This document shows positions 27,417 to 36,207 of a DNA stretch of 64,000 bases, one piece after another. Position 1 is the first letter of the stretch. The number at the start of each line of letters is the position of its first letter. The stretch spans positions 11,237 through 75,236 of the forward strand of contig JBBQFH010000005.1 in assembly GCA_038321865.1 (NCBI GenBank), written 5' to 3'. The position numbers and the translations under genes are program-made. The notes below the pieces were generated by a model, which saw only the letters and a program-made list of their open reading frames with translations, made no database searches and was not told the origin of the DNA. The stretch comes from Gemmatimonadales bacterium. Lineage in GTDB: Bacteria > Gemmatimonadota > Gemmatimonadetes > Gemmatimonadales > GWC2-71-9.

Positions 27417-29113
27417 CATCCAGGCGCGATTTCGTCGAGCGCGCTGCGCTCGCGACGATGGGTCTCGCACTCCCTGCCCCGCTGGCTCGCCCGCTGATCC
27501 GTCCGCCGAACAGGGCGGCCGGCGGCTTTCTCGATCTGGTCCGCCCGCCCGACCGCGTCACGGTGCAGGGAGGCAGCGGCGACATCGTGCTCGCGAGCGG
27601 CCCAGCCACACGCTGGACCGGCGCCGGCGGCATCGTCGTCTCTACCGCCGTTCGATCGGGTGCGCTGCACATCACCCTTGGCTCACCCTCCGTCGGCATT
27701 TACCGTCTTCACCTCCGCTGGCGCGGCCGCATCCCGGGCACACCCGCGATCGCCGGCGACGCGTGGGAGCGCGGCTACGGCGACCTGGAATGGCGCGGGT
27801 GGGTGCCCGACCGTGTCATGCCCTGGTACTTCGCCATGCACGACGGCGCGCTCACCCACGCCTACGGCGTGCGCACCAACCCCGCGGCCTTCTGCAGCTG
27901 GCAGGTCGACGCCGACGGCATCAGTCTCTGGGCCAATGTCCGGAGCGGCGGCGCGGGCGTCGCGCTCGGCGACCGGACGCTCGACGTCTGCGACGTCGTC
28001 TGCCGGGCCGGCCACGCCGGCGAGTCGGCGTTTGCGGCGCTGCACGCCTTCTGCCGCGTGATGTGCCCCCAGCCACTGATGCCCTCCGCGCCGGTGTACG
28101 GCAGCAACGACTGGTATTCCACCTACGGCGCCAACAGTGCAGAGACGGTGCGTGCCGACGCGGGGCGCATCGTCGAGCTCTCTCCCGCCGGGCCCAACCG
28201 GCCGTTTGCCGTGATCGACGATGGCTGGCAGCCCGGTGGCGGGAAGGATCTGCCCGGCGCCGGCATCTGGGATCGCGGCAATGAGAAGTTTCCCGACCTG
28301 CCCGGGCTCGCCGCTTCGGTGCACGGGGCGGGGGCACGGCCGGGGATCTGGGTCCGTCCGCTCCAGGCCGCGGCTGACTCACCGGCTGGCTGGCGGCTCG
28401 CGCGCGAGCGCGGCACGCTCGACCCGAGCATTCCCGAAACGCTGCACAAGGTCACCGCCGACATCGCCCGGCTCCGTGAGTGGGGCTTCGAGCTGATCAA
28501 GCATGACTACACCACCTTCGACATCTTCGGCCGCTGGGGATTCCAGATGGGTTCGGCGATGACGAAGGACGGGTGGACCTTCGCCGCCGGATCGTCCCGC
28601 ACGACGGCTGAGGTGATCGACGAGCTGTATCGCACGATCCGGACGGCGGCGGCCGGGAGTCTGGTGATCGGGTGCAACACGGTGAGTCACCTCTCCGCGG
28701 GCCGTTTCGAGATCTGCCGCATCGGCGACGATACCAGCGGCACCGAGTGGGCGCGCACCCGGAAGATGGGCGTCAACTCGCTCGCCTTCCGCGGTGTGCA
28801 GCACGGAGCGTTCTACGCCGCTGATCCGGACTGCGTCGGCGTTACGATGGCGGTGCCGTGGGCGCTCAACCGCCAGTGGCTCGACCTGGTGGCGCGGAGC
28901 GGGACGATGCTGTCGGTCTCCCTCGCCGCCGACGCGCTGGGCGCCGAGCAGCGGCGGGATCTCAGGGCCGCGCTCGCGCTCGCGGCGGTGCGCCAGCCGC
29001 TGGCTGAGCCGCTCGACTGGGAGCGCTCGGCGTATCCGGCGCGCTGGCGGATGCTGGGCCGGGAGCGGGTGTTCGACTGGGTGGGCCCGGACGGGGCCGG
29101 AGCCCCCCAGTGA
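27413..29113 (+). CDS. Tat-exported glycoside hydrolase, GH36/GH27-like (clan D) TIM barrel
   Basis: Tat signal SRRDFV; NDWY, IDDGWQ, KFPD, PGIW.RP, LIKHDY (nucleophile Asp), RIGDD, ADPD. Confidence 0.75.
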   Translation: MTSRRDFVERAALATMGLALPAPLARPLIRPPNRAAGGFLDLVRPPDRVTVQGGSGDIVLASGPATRWTGAGGIVVSTAVRSGALHITLGSPSVGIYRLHLRWRGRIPGTPAIAGDAWERGYGDLEWRGWVPDRVMPWYFAMHDGALTHAYGVRTNPAAFCSWQVDADGISLWANVRSGGAGVALGDRTLDVCDVVCRAGHAGESAFAALHAFCRVMCPQPLMPSAPVYGSNDWYSTYGANSAETVRADAGRIVELSPAGPNRPFAVIDDGWQPGGGKDLPGAGIWDRGNEKFPDLPGLAASVHGAGARPGIWVRPLQAAADSPAGWRLARERGTLDPSIPETLHKVTADIARLREWGFELIKHDYTTFDIFGRWGFQMGSAMTKDGWTFAAGSSRTTAEVIDELYRTIRTAAAGSLVIGCNTVSHLSAGRFEICRIGDDTSGTEWARTRKMGVNSLAFRGVQHGAFYAADPDCVGVTMAVPWALNRQWLDLVARSGTMLSVSLAADALGAEQRRDLRAALALAAVRQPLAEPLDWERSAYPARWRMLGRERVFDWVGPDGAGAPQ

Positions 29114-29952
29114 CACTGTCGTACGCGGCCATGCTCGCGATCGTGACGGCATCCGCCGCGCTGCCGGCCTGTGCGACGGTGCGCGCCGCGCGCGGCAGTA
29201 GTTCAAACGCATCCCCGCTCAGCATCGGCGAAACCTTCACCATCGACTCGCGCGTATTGGGAGAAGTCAGGCGCATCAACGTCTACCTCCCGCCGGGCCA
29301 TGCGGATTCGTCCAACGTGCGCCTGCCGGTGCTCTACATGCCGGACGGCGGCATGAAGGAGGATTTCCTCCACGTCGCCGGGCTGGTGCAGGTGCTGGTC
29401 GGGAACGGCACCATGCGGCCGTTCCTGCTGGTCGGCATCGAGAATACGGCCCGCCGCCGAGATCTCACGGGGCCCACCGATAACCCCGACGACCGGAAGA
29501 TCGCGCCGGTGGTCGGCGGATCGGAGGCGTTTCGGCGCTTCATCCGCTCCGAGCTGATGCCCGCGGTGCGCGCGCGCTACCGCACGACTGGCGAAACGGC
29601 CATCGTCGGCGAATCACTGGCCGGGCTGTTCGTGGTCGAGACGTTCTTCCGTGACCCGACGCTGTTCAACACCTACATCGCCTTCGACCCGAGTCTCTGG
29701 TGGAACAACGGCGAGCTGGTCGATCACGCTGCGGAGCGGCTCGGTGCCGCCGGGGGGCGCTCGCTCTACCTCGCGAGCAGCAGCCAGCCTGATATCGCGC
29801 TGCTCACGCTACGGCTGGCGGAGGTGCTCGCGGCTCACCCGCCGCGCGACGGGTGGTGGCACTACGAGCCGATGCCGGAAGAGACCCACGGCACCATCTA
29901 TCACCCGGCGGCGCTGCGGGCGTTTCGCCTGGCGTTCGGGCCCGGTCGGTGA
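29110..29952 (+). CDS. Alpha/beta hydrolase (IroE/putative esterase family)
   Basis: RRINVYLP, PVLYMPDGG, RRRDLT, GESLAG, PSLWW, ETHGT. Confidence 0.88.
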   Translation: MTLSYAAMLAIVTASAALPACATVRAARGSSSNASPLSIGETFTIDSRVLGEVRRINVYLPPGHADSSNVRLPVLYMPDGGMKEDFLHVAGLVQVLVGNGTMRPFLLVGIENTARRRDLTGPTDNPDDRKIAPVVGGSEAFRRFIRSELMPAVRARYRTTGETAIVGESLAGLFVVETFFRDPTLFNTYIAFDPSLWWNNGELVDHAAERLGAAGGRSLYLASSSQPDIALLTLRLAEVLAAHPPRDGWWHYEPMPEETHGTIYHPAALRAFRLAFGPGR

Positions 29953-29980
29953 GCCAACTCCCCCCTGAGGCGAGAGACTG

Positions 29981-30796
29981 ATGCCAGGTGTACGGAGACA
30001 ACCGTTGGTATTGCTTTGGCTGCTGTCCGCCTGCACCGGAGCCGCGGAAACGCCGGACCCGCGCCCGGTGCCGGTTCGGCGAGTCCTCTTCGTCGGCAAC
30101 AGCCTCACGTATGTGAACGACCTCCCGTCCGTTGTCACCGCCGTGGCGGCCTCGGCCGGGATCCGGCTTGAGACCGGGACCTCCGCCGGGCCGAACCTCG
30201 CGCTGATCGATCACCTCGACGGCCAGACCGATGCACTCGCCAGGCTGGCGACGCAGCACTGGGACTGGGTGGTGCTGCAGCAGGGGCCGACCACGATCGG
30301 CCTCTGTCGTGACTCACTTCTGCTGTGGGCTCGCGAATTCGGCGCGCGTATTCGGGCGCGGGGCGGCAAACCGGCGCTGCTCATGACCTGGCCGGCCAAA
30401 TCGTCTCCCGAGCACTTCGACGACGTGCGGCTGTCGTTCCAGAGCGCCGCGGCGGCGGCGGACGGCATCTTTCTGCCGGCCGGCGAGGCCTGGCGGCTGG
30501 CGCTGGCCGGTGCGGCGGGGGCGCCGCTCTACGCGCGCGACGGATTCCATCCCGCCCCCGCCGGGACCTATCTCGCCGCACTCGTCGTCGTGGAGCGGCT
30601 CACCGGCCGCGACCCGCGCACATTCCCGGTCACGGGAGTCGTGAACGGCGTTCCCGCCAGGCTCTCACCGGCAACGGTCCGGCTGCTTCAGGAGTCGGCG
30701 CACGCCGCCAACGAGCGCTGGCCCGCGGGACGCCCCGGGCCGCTGGCCGCACTCGGCAACACATCGCACGCCTCGCCGCCCGGCGGGCGGTGCTGA
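29981..30796 (+). CDS. SGNH/GDSL-like lipoprotein
   Basis: Lipobox LSAC; VLFVGNSLT, WD.VVLQQ, DGFHP..AGTYLAA. Confidence 0.82.
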   Translation: MPGVRRQPLVLLWLLSACTGAAETPDPRPVPVRRVLFVGNSLTYVNDLPSVVTAVAASAGIRLETGTSAGPNLALIDHLDGQTDALARLATQHWDWVVLQQGPTTIGLCRDSLLLWAREFGARIRARGGKPALLMTWPAKSSPEHFDDVRLSFQSAAAAADGIFLPAGEAWRLALAGAAGAPLYARDGFHPAPAGTYLAALVVVERLTGRDPRTFPVTGVVNGVPARLSPATVRLLQESAHAANERWPAGRPGPLAALGNTSHASPPGGRC

Positions 30797-30834
30797 ACGC
30801 ACTCCCCACTTCAACTCCAGCGGAGCGAGCACCC

Positions 30835-31290
30835 ATGATCCGGATACTCTGCGCGATGAGTGTGGCAATCCTGGCCGTGACACCGGTCGGCGCATCCGAC
30901 AAGACGGACGTGATGGCCACCGTGCATCAGTTCGTGGACAGCTTCAACAAGGGTGACACGAAAACCGCCGCGGCCGCCTGCGCCGATCAGACATCCATCA
31001 TCGACGAGTTTCCGCCCCATGAGTGGCACGGAAGCGGGGCGTGCCTCCGGTGGATGGCTGACTACGATGCCGACGCCGCAAAAAATGGGATCACCGGGGG
31101 AGTCGTCACCCTCGGCACCCCGCGGCACATCGATATCATGGCGGATCGCGCCTACGTCGTCATTCCCTCGAACTACGCCTTTCAGAGGAAGGGGAAGCCG
31201 GTGAAGGAGATCGGCTCGATGTTTACGTTCGCCCTCGCGAAGGGCGCAACCGGCTGGCGCATCACCGGCTGGGCGTGGGCCAAGCGGTAA
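30835..31290 (+). CDS. Secreted NTF2-like protein
   Basis: Signal peptide; V.QFVDSFNKGD, IIDEFPPH.W, DRAYVV.P, GWRITGWAW. Confidence 0.78.
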   Translation: MIRILCAMSVAILAVTPVGASDKTDVMATVHQFVDSFNKGDTKTAAAACADQTSIIDEFPPHEWHGSGACLRWMADYDADAAKNGITGGVVTLGTPRHIDIMADRAYVVIPSNYAFQRKGKPVKEIGSMFTFALAKGATGWRITGWAWAKR

Positions 31291-31321
31291 TGACTGATCT
31301 GACATCTTCCGGAGCGATCCC

Positions 31322-32068
31322 ATGCGCAAGCTGATCCTCTCCTGCATCCTGGTCGCCGTTCCCGCCGCGGCCGTCGCGCAGGTCGCCGGCCATTTTCCAC
31401 CGGACTCGCTGGTCAACACCAAGGTGATCGCGCACAACACACCGGTCATCCAGGTGGTGGGCATGATGCGGAACTTCGCCGGCGGGCTGGGCGTCCGCTG
31501 CCCGTACTGCCACGTCGGCGAGGAGGGCCGGCCGCTAGAGACCTTCGATTTCCCCAGCGACCAGAAGCGCACCAAGCTCGTCGCCCGGCAGATGATGCTG
31601 ATGGTCCAGGAGATCAACCGTCGGGTGGACACCCTGCCCGGCCGCACGAATCCCGGACTCCAGGTCACCTGCGCGACGTGCCACCACGGCGCCAGCCGCC
31701 CGGTGCCGCTCGGCATGCTCATCGCCGATGCCGCGACGGCCGGTGGTGCCGATTCCGCCGTCAGGACCTACCGCGCGCTACGCGAGCGGTATTACGGTCG
31801 CGACACCTACGACTTCAGTGAGAACTCGCTCAACACCGCCGCCTTCCGCCTGGCGCGCGCGAACAAGTACGACGAGGCGTTCGCGCTCCTTCGGCTGAAC
31901 GAGGAGTTCTATCCCACGTCGTCCGGCATGTACGTCTTCCGCGGCAATATCGAGCTCCTCAAGGGCGACACCACCGCCGCGGCGAAGGCGTTCGGTGAGG
32001 CGGTGCTGCGCGACCCGAAGAACCAGGAGGCGCAGGGGCGGCTGCGGGACATCGGCCGGAAGCCATAA
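31322..32068 (+). CDS. Diheme c-type cytochrome with C-terminal TPR-like region
   Basis: Signal peptide; CPYCH and CATCHHG; candidate Met ligands (MMRNF, ARQMM); TPR-like end. Confidence 0.88.
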   Translation: MRKLILSCILVAVPAAAVAQVAGHFPPDSLVNTKVIAHNTPVIQVVGMMRNFAGGLGVRCPYCHVGEEGRPLETFDFPSDQKRTKLVARQMMLMVQEINRRVDTLPGRTNPGLQVTCATCHHGASRPVPLGMLIADAATAGGADSAVRTYRALRERYYGRDTYDFSENSLNTAAFRLARANKYDEAFALLRLNEEFYPTSSGMYVFRGNIELLKGDTTAAAKAFGEAVLRDPKNQEAQGRLRDIGRKP

Positions 32069-32088
32069 TTAGCCAGCCGAACTTGGCG

Positions 32089-32132
32089 ATATGTCTGCTA
32101 TGCTTGACATATTGCCTGCTGAAGAGTACATT
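32089..32132 (+). promoter_or_regulatory. Sigma70 promoter with overlapping operator palindrome
   Basis: TTGACA 32104-32109, 17-bp spacer, TACATT 32127-32132; inverted repeat ATATGTC-N10-GACATAT at 32089-32112. Confidence 0.75.
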
Positions 32133-32159
32133 GCTTCTGCACCCCAATAAGGCGGGCGA

Positions 32160-32378
32160 GTGGACACACCCCGGTTACGAAACCGACTTCGCGTGGCGCG
32201 CGCCGAGCTGAGGATCTCGCAGGAGCAGGCCGCCGTCCTCGCCGGGGTCACCCGGCAGACGATCAGTTCGATCGAGACCGAGCAGTACACCCCATCGGCT
32301 CTGCTGGCATTCGTCCTGGCGCACCGATTGGGGAAGCCGGTCGGCGAACTCTTCTTCCTGGAAGGAACCGCATCATGA
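32160..32378 (+). CDS. XRE-family HTH transcriptional regulator
   Basis: LRNRLRVARAE..ISQE..A..AGVTRQTISSIE..QYTPS..LAF.LA. Confidence 0.92.
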   Translation: MDTPRLRNRLRVARAELRISQEQAAVLAGVTRQTISSIETEQYTPSALLAFVLAHRLGKPVGELFFLEGTAS

Positions 32379-32668
32379 CATCCGCAGCCGTGGAGCGCGA
32401 CGAACGGACCGTCGCCCTGGAGAACTCGGGCTACCGCTGGTCCTACCTGGTGCTGTCGTTCGGTCTGCTGCTGAGCGTCGCGTACCGGAGCTTCGCACGC
32501 GGTGAGACATCGTGGGACCTGTTCGCGTTGGTGCTGGTGGGAGGCGCCGTGAACGCGGTGTACCAGGCCACGCACCACGTGCTGTACCGGCGCTGGGCGG
32601 TGTTGTCCACGCTGGCGATACTGGTCGGAGCGGCACTGGCCGCGATGCTCGTCGTGTTTCGGCACTAG
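32375..32668 (+). CDS. Small membrane protein coupled to the XRE gene
   Basis: DERT motif then three hydrophobic helices; ATGA overlap. Confidence 0.75.
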   Translation: MTSAAVERDERTVALENSGYRWSYLVLSFGLLLSVAYRSFARGETSWDLFALVLVGGAVNAVYQATHHVLYRRWAVLSTLAILVGAALAAMLVVFRH

Positions 32669-32703
32669 GGCCAGGCCATCATCGCTCTTCGCGAAACGCT
32701 GCG

Positions 32704-33507
32704 ATGATCATCGGACTGGCGTCGCCGGGCGTGGCGGCCAGTCTGGAGGACGGCCTCGGGCGTATCGACCGGCTTCTGGCGGATGCATCGGGCCGGGGCG
32801 CCGAGATCGTGTGCTTCCCCGAGGCGTACCTCCCGGGACTGAGGGGTCAGGACTTCGACGTGCCGCCGTTCGGCGAGGCGCAGCAGGAGGAGACGCTCCA
32901 GGCCGTCGGCGACCTGGTTCGACGGCACGGAGTCACCACGATTCTCGGCATGGAACGCGTGACGCCGGCCGGCCGCCAGATCGCCGCCTTCGTCATCGAT
33001 CATCGCGGCCGGCTGCAGGGCTTTCAGACCAAGAACCAGCTCGATCCCACCGAAGACCGCCATTACATCCCTGGACACACTCGCCGGCTCTTCGAGGCCG
33101 GCGGCGTGAAATTCGGCATCGTGATCTGCCACGAGGGGTGGCGATATCCGGAGACGGTCCGCTGGGCGGCGGTTCGTGGCGCCAGGATCGTCTTCCACCC
33201 GCACCATGCGGGAAGCGACCGAACCGGGGCGCGCCCCCAAAGCTGGGGCGCCGCGGGCGGTGCCTACTACGAGAAGGCGATGATGCTCCGGAGCATCGAG
33301 AACACCATCTATTTCGCCAGCGTCAACTACGCGCTGCGGTTTCCGGAATCGGCCACCAGTCTGATCGAGCCGTCGGGCCAATGTGAGGCGTATCTGCCGT
33401 ACGGAGAGGAAGGGGTACTGGTGCGGGAGATCGATCCCGCCCGGGCGACCGGACTACTGGCCGGCCGGTACGCGCCCGACCGCTATCAGGACGAGAGCGT
33501 CGAATAG
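32704..33507 (+). CDS. Carbon-nitrogen hydrolase (nitrilase superfamily)
   Basis: Catalytic triad motifs CFPEAY, QTKNQ, VICHEG.RYPE. Confidence 0.9.
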   Translation: MIIGLASPGVAASLEDGLGRIDRLLADASGRGAEIVCFPEAYLPGLRGQDFDVPPFGEAQQEETLQAVGDLVRRHGVTTILGMERVTPAGRQIAAFVIDHRGRLQGFQTKNQLDPTEDRHYIPGHTRRLFEAGGVKFGIVICHEGWRYPETVRWAAVRGARIVFHPHHAGSDRTGARPQSWGAAGGAYYEKAMMLRSIENTIYFASVNYALRFPESATSLIEPSGQCEAYLPYGEEGVLVREIDPARATGLLAGRYAPDRYQDESVE

Positions 33508-34301
33508 CCGGCGGTCAGCGCCGGCCACTCCGCCGCATCGAACCGCAGGTGTGGGACGACACGGGCGCCGAGGGCGGCCGCGGCCGGCACCAGTCCGGCG
33601 TTGACGGCCGCCCCGCCCACCAGGATCGGTCCGGTGAAGGCGGGCGGGCGGGCGAACGCGTCGAGCAGGACGCGAAGTGCCGGAGTCTGTGAGGGCATGG
33701 AAATCGACAGGCCGACGGCTGTGCACCGCTCCGACAATGCCGCGTCGACGATGGCCTGGGGGCTGAATCCGTAACCCAGGACCGTGGTGCGCACGCCCAT
33801 GCTCTCGAATCCCAGGCTCGCGAAGCGAAGCCCGAGCATGTGCATGTTTCCCGGAACCGCGGCGATCAGGATCGTCGGTGCGTTCGGCGCCGGCGCGCTC
33901 AGCGCCGCCGCCTGAATGTGGCGCTCGATCAGATCGACCAGCGCCTCGCAGGCTTCGGTGAAGCGATGCTCTTCGCACACCGTCAGCAGGTTCGCTTCCC
34001 AGCGCCGGCCCACGGTGACCAGCTGGGGTCCGGCAAAGCCGAACAGCATGTCGAGCGGTCGGATGCCCGCCGCAAACCCTTCGACAGCGAGCGCTTCCAT
34101 CTCGAGTGGCGCGCCCTTGCGCCCCGCAGCCCAGAACCGGCGGTTGAGGTCCGCGAGATACCGCATTCGCCGCTCCTGCTCTCCGGTCCACTGCAGGACG
34201 GAATCGCCGCAGGCATCGCAGAGCCCGTGCGATACTTCATGGGTCTCGTACGGCGAACTCTCACCCTGGAACCGCTGACAGTACGCGCACCATTTGATCA
34301 C
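33486..34301 (-). CDS. Cobalamin-binding protein (CarH-type helical bundle plus Rossmann domain) with N-terminal Cys4 zinc-finger-like motif
   Basis: WCAYCQ...SHGLCDAC; VGRRWEANLLTVCEEH (W-x9-EH); GNMHMLG; VGLSIS; ILVGG; GTG start overlaps upstream TGA (GTGA 34298-34301). Confidence 0.82.
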   Translation of the reverse strand: MIKWCAYCQRFQGESSPYETHEVSHGLCDACGDSVLQWTGEQERRMRYLADLNRRFWAAGRKGAPLEMEALAVEGFAAGIRPLDMLFGFAGPQLVTVGRRWEANLLTVCEEHRFTEACEALVDLIERHIQAAALSAPAPNAPTILIAAVPGNMHMLGLRFASLGFESMGVRTTVLGYGFSPQAIVDAALSERCTAVGLSISMPSQTPALRVLLDAFARPPAFTGPILVGGAAVNAGLVPAAAALGARVVPHLRFDAAEWPALTAGYSTLSS

Positions 34302-35539
34302 GAGACACTCGCCGCTGCGTCCAGCGCGACGGACAGCTCGCGCACCGCCGCCCGCCACTCGTTGCCGAAACGGGTCTCATCGGTCAGCCACGACTCGATG
34401 GCCGCGTAGGCGCCGGGCACGCCGGCCGCCTCGTCGGCATGCGCCGAGGCCAGCAGCGGCACCGCACCATGGAGGGCGGAAAGGCGTTGGTCGAATCGGG
34501 CGTTCAGGTCTTCCACCGCCGCATCGGGCAAGTGAGCCCGCCGGCTTGCGCCCAGCTCCCCCACCACGCGCCTGAAGCTGGCGGTCTCCCGGGTGCGCGC
34601 CGGCGCCGCGGATTCTATCTCCGTCGCCAGCTCACGCATGTGTGTCTCGAGAATCAGCGTGGGAATGCCGCGGCTCGCCAGCACCGTGCGTAGCCACGCG
34701 ATGCTTCGGGCGATGGATTCATACTGGAGCGGCATGAGGGTAAGCAACCAGCAGCTGTCGCTCGCGGTGAACCGCCGGCCGCGTTCGCCGAAGCGCCGCT
34801 CGAGGTACGGATACCGTTCCCGCGCACGGACCCCCGCACGGATCGCGATGGCGATCTCGGCCGGATCGTCCGGCAATGCGTGCCGGCCCGCCTCGGGATT
34901 GAGCGCCGTGAGCTGCACGGTGACGTTGGCGGCGGTGAAGGGAAAAAGTGCCAGCACGATGGTCTGCAGCCCCGCGAAGGCGGCGACCGCGGCCGCCTCG
35001 ATTCTGCCTCCTTCGGGGTCAGTCAGCCGGATCGCGTCGAGGTCGGTCACGAACCGCGTCCAGGCCCTGCGGGTCTCCTTGCCGTAGCAGCCGAAGTAGC
35101 GAAGGGCGTCCGGCGCCACGTCGAGCGACTTGGCAAAGAGCGACTTCAGCGCGATACCACCGTTCTGCGAACCCTCGAACACGTACAGATAGCCGAGCAG
35201 CTCGATCTCGGGTGACTGCACGAGCTGGTCGGCCATCGCGAGTGCGGCGCGGACGGCGGGATCGATCGCCGTAAGGTGCCCTTCGGGCCGCAATGCCAGG
35301 TCTTCGATCAGGTGCGGCAGTTTTGCGAGATCGTCCCGCCAGACCCGTCCGACCCGGGGGTCCCGGGCGGTCGAGAGGCCGCGCTCGAGCACGGCATGGA
35401 TGATCGCAAGACAGTGGAGATACGATTCGGCCGCGGCGGCGGGCAGCGTCCCCGCCCGCAGCGCGTCGTAGAAGGGCGTCGCCTCGATGCCGTCATGAGC
35501 GTTCGATGTCGCCGCCTGCAGGCGGGCTCTCACGGACAT
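34298..35539 (-). CDS. Biliverdin-producing heme oxygenase fused to a C-terminal helical (putative phycobiliprotein/globin-like) domain
   Basis: L..AT..AH..IE..PF (proximal His), LLGYLYVFEGSQNGG, RYF..Y, W..F...LD, A.AAF; about 210 extra residues including YPYLERRFGERGRRFTASDSCWL and WLRTVLASRGIP; AAGGA RBS before ATG 35539. Confidence 0.85.
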   Translation of the reverse strand: MSVRARLQAATSNAHDGIEATPFYDALRAGTLPAAAAESYLHCLAIIHAVLERGLSTARDPRVGRVWRDDLAKLPHLIEDLALRPEGHLTAIDPAVRAALAMADQLVQSPEIELLGYLYVFEGSQNGGIALKSLFAKSLDVAPDALRYFGCYGKETRRAWTRFVTDLDAIRLTDPEGGRIEAAAVAAFAGLQTIVLALFPFTAANVTVQLTALNPEAGRHALPDDPAEIAIAIRAGVRARERYPYLERRFGERGRRFTASDSCWLLTLMPLQYESIARSIAWLRTVLASRGIPTLILETHMRELATEIESAAPARTRETASFRRVVGELGASRRAHLPDAAVEDLNARFDQRLSALHGAVPLLASAHADEAAGVPGAYAAIESWLTDETRFGNEWRAAVRELSVALDAAASVS

Positions 35540-35724
35540 GCACATCCTTGATGCCGCCCGGGACGGCGGAGATTGCGGGGCTTCGCTACCGGATGGAACA
35601 TAGCGGGTGGTGGACGCGCTCGCCTTTCACGCAGTGCCAGCCGCGCGATGAACTCCTCATCCCCGGGCGCATAGCTCCGTGCAATACGAAGGAACTCGCT
35701 CCCGCTTCACACGGTCCGGTCGGG

Positions 35725-36207
35725 CTACCGGTTGAGGGCGCCCCGGATGCGGCCAAGATGGTGATAGCTGTGGCGGACGGCGTGATCCTCGAGCACGAAC
35801 TGGCTGGTGAGCGGCGCGTCGAAGTAGAGTGAGACGGGCGCTGCCCGGTCCAGCTCGGCGTCGCTCAGCGCGCGGATCGCCGCGGCCGCGGCCGCGCTGT
35901 TGGTGCGCAGCAGCGCCAGCGCCTCCTCCCTGGTCACGGCGTCGTTGTCCCGCGCGTGCCCCGCGTTCATCGCATGAACGTCGGCCATCGTCACTCCGGC
36001 CACCGGCTTGCCCGCCGCGACGGTCTGGGCCAGCTGGATTTCGAGCGGATACACGCTGGCGACATGGTGCACGATGACGCCGATCTTGCGGCCATCGCCT
36101 GGTACCGGCGTCCGCCATTCAGCGTCTGTGAGCGTGGCGGCCAGGCTGGCGAGTGCGTGTGCGCCCTGTTCGAGACAGTCAGCCAGGGCATCGGAACGTT
36201 TGCTCAT
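35725..36207 (-). CDS. DinB/MDMPI-like four-helix protein
   Basis: LTDAEW.TP, GVIVHHVA, LSDAELDR, HAVRHSYHHL..I. Confidence 0.8.
   Translation of the reverse strand: MSKRSDALADCLEQGAHALASLAATLTDAEWRTPVPGDGRKIGVIVHHVASVYPLEIQLAQTVAAGKPVAGVTMADVHAMNAGHARDNDAVTREEALALLRTNSAAAAAAIRALSDAELDRAAPVSLYFDAPLTSQFVLEDHAVRHSYHHLGRIRGALNR

Noticed and set aside
31322-32068. Evidence of photosynthesis (pufC)
   Set aside because: Only two hemes, a TPR-like tail, and no puf, bch or crt genes in the window
35546-35724. Cobalamin riboswitch or CarH-type operator upstream of the heme oxygenase operon
   Set aside because: No B12-box or direct-repeat pattern visible by eye; an Rfam/Infernal scan would settle it
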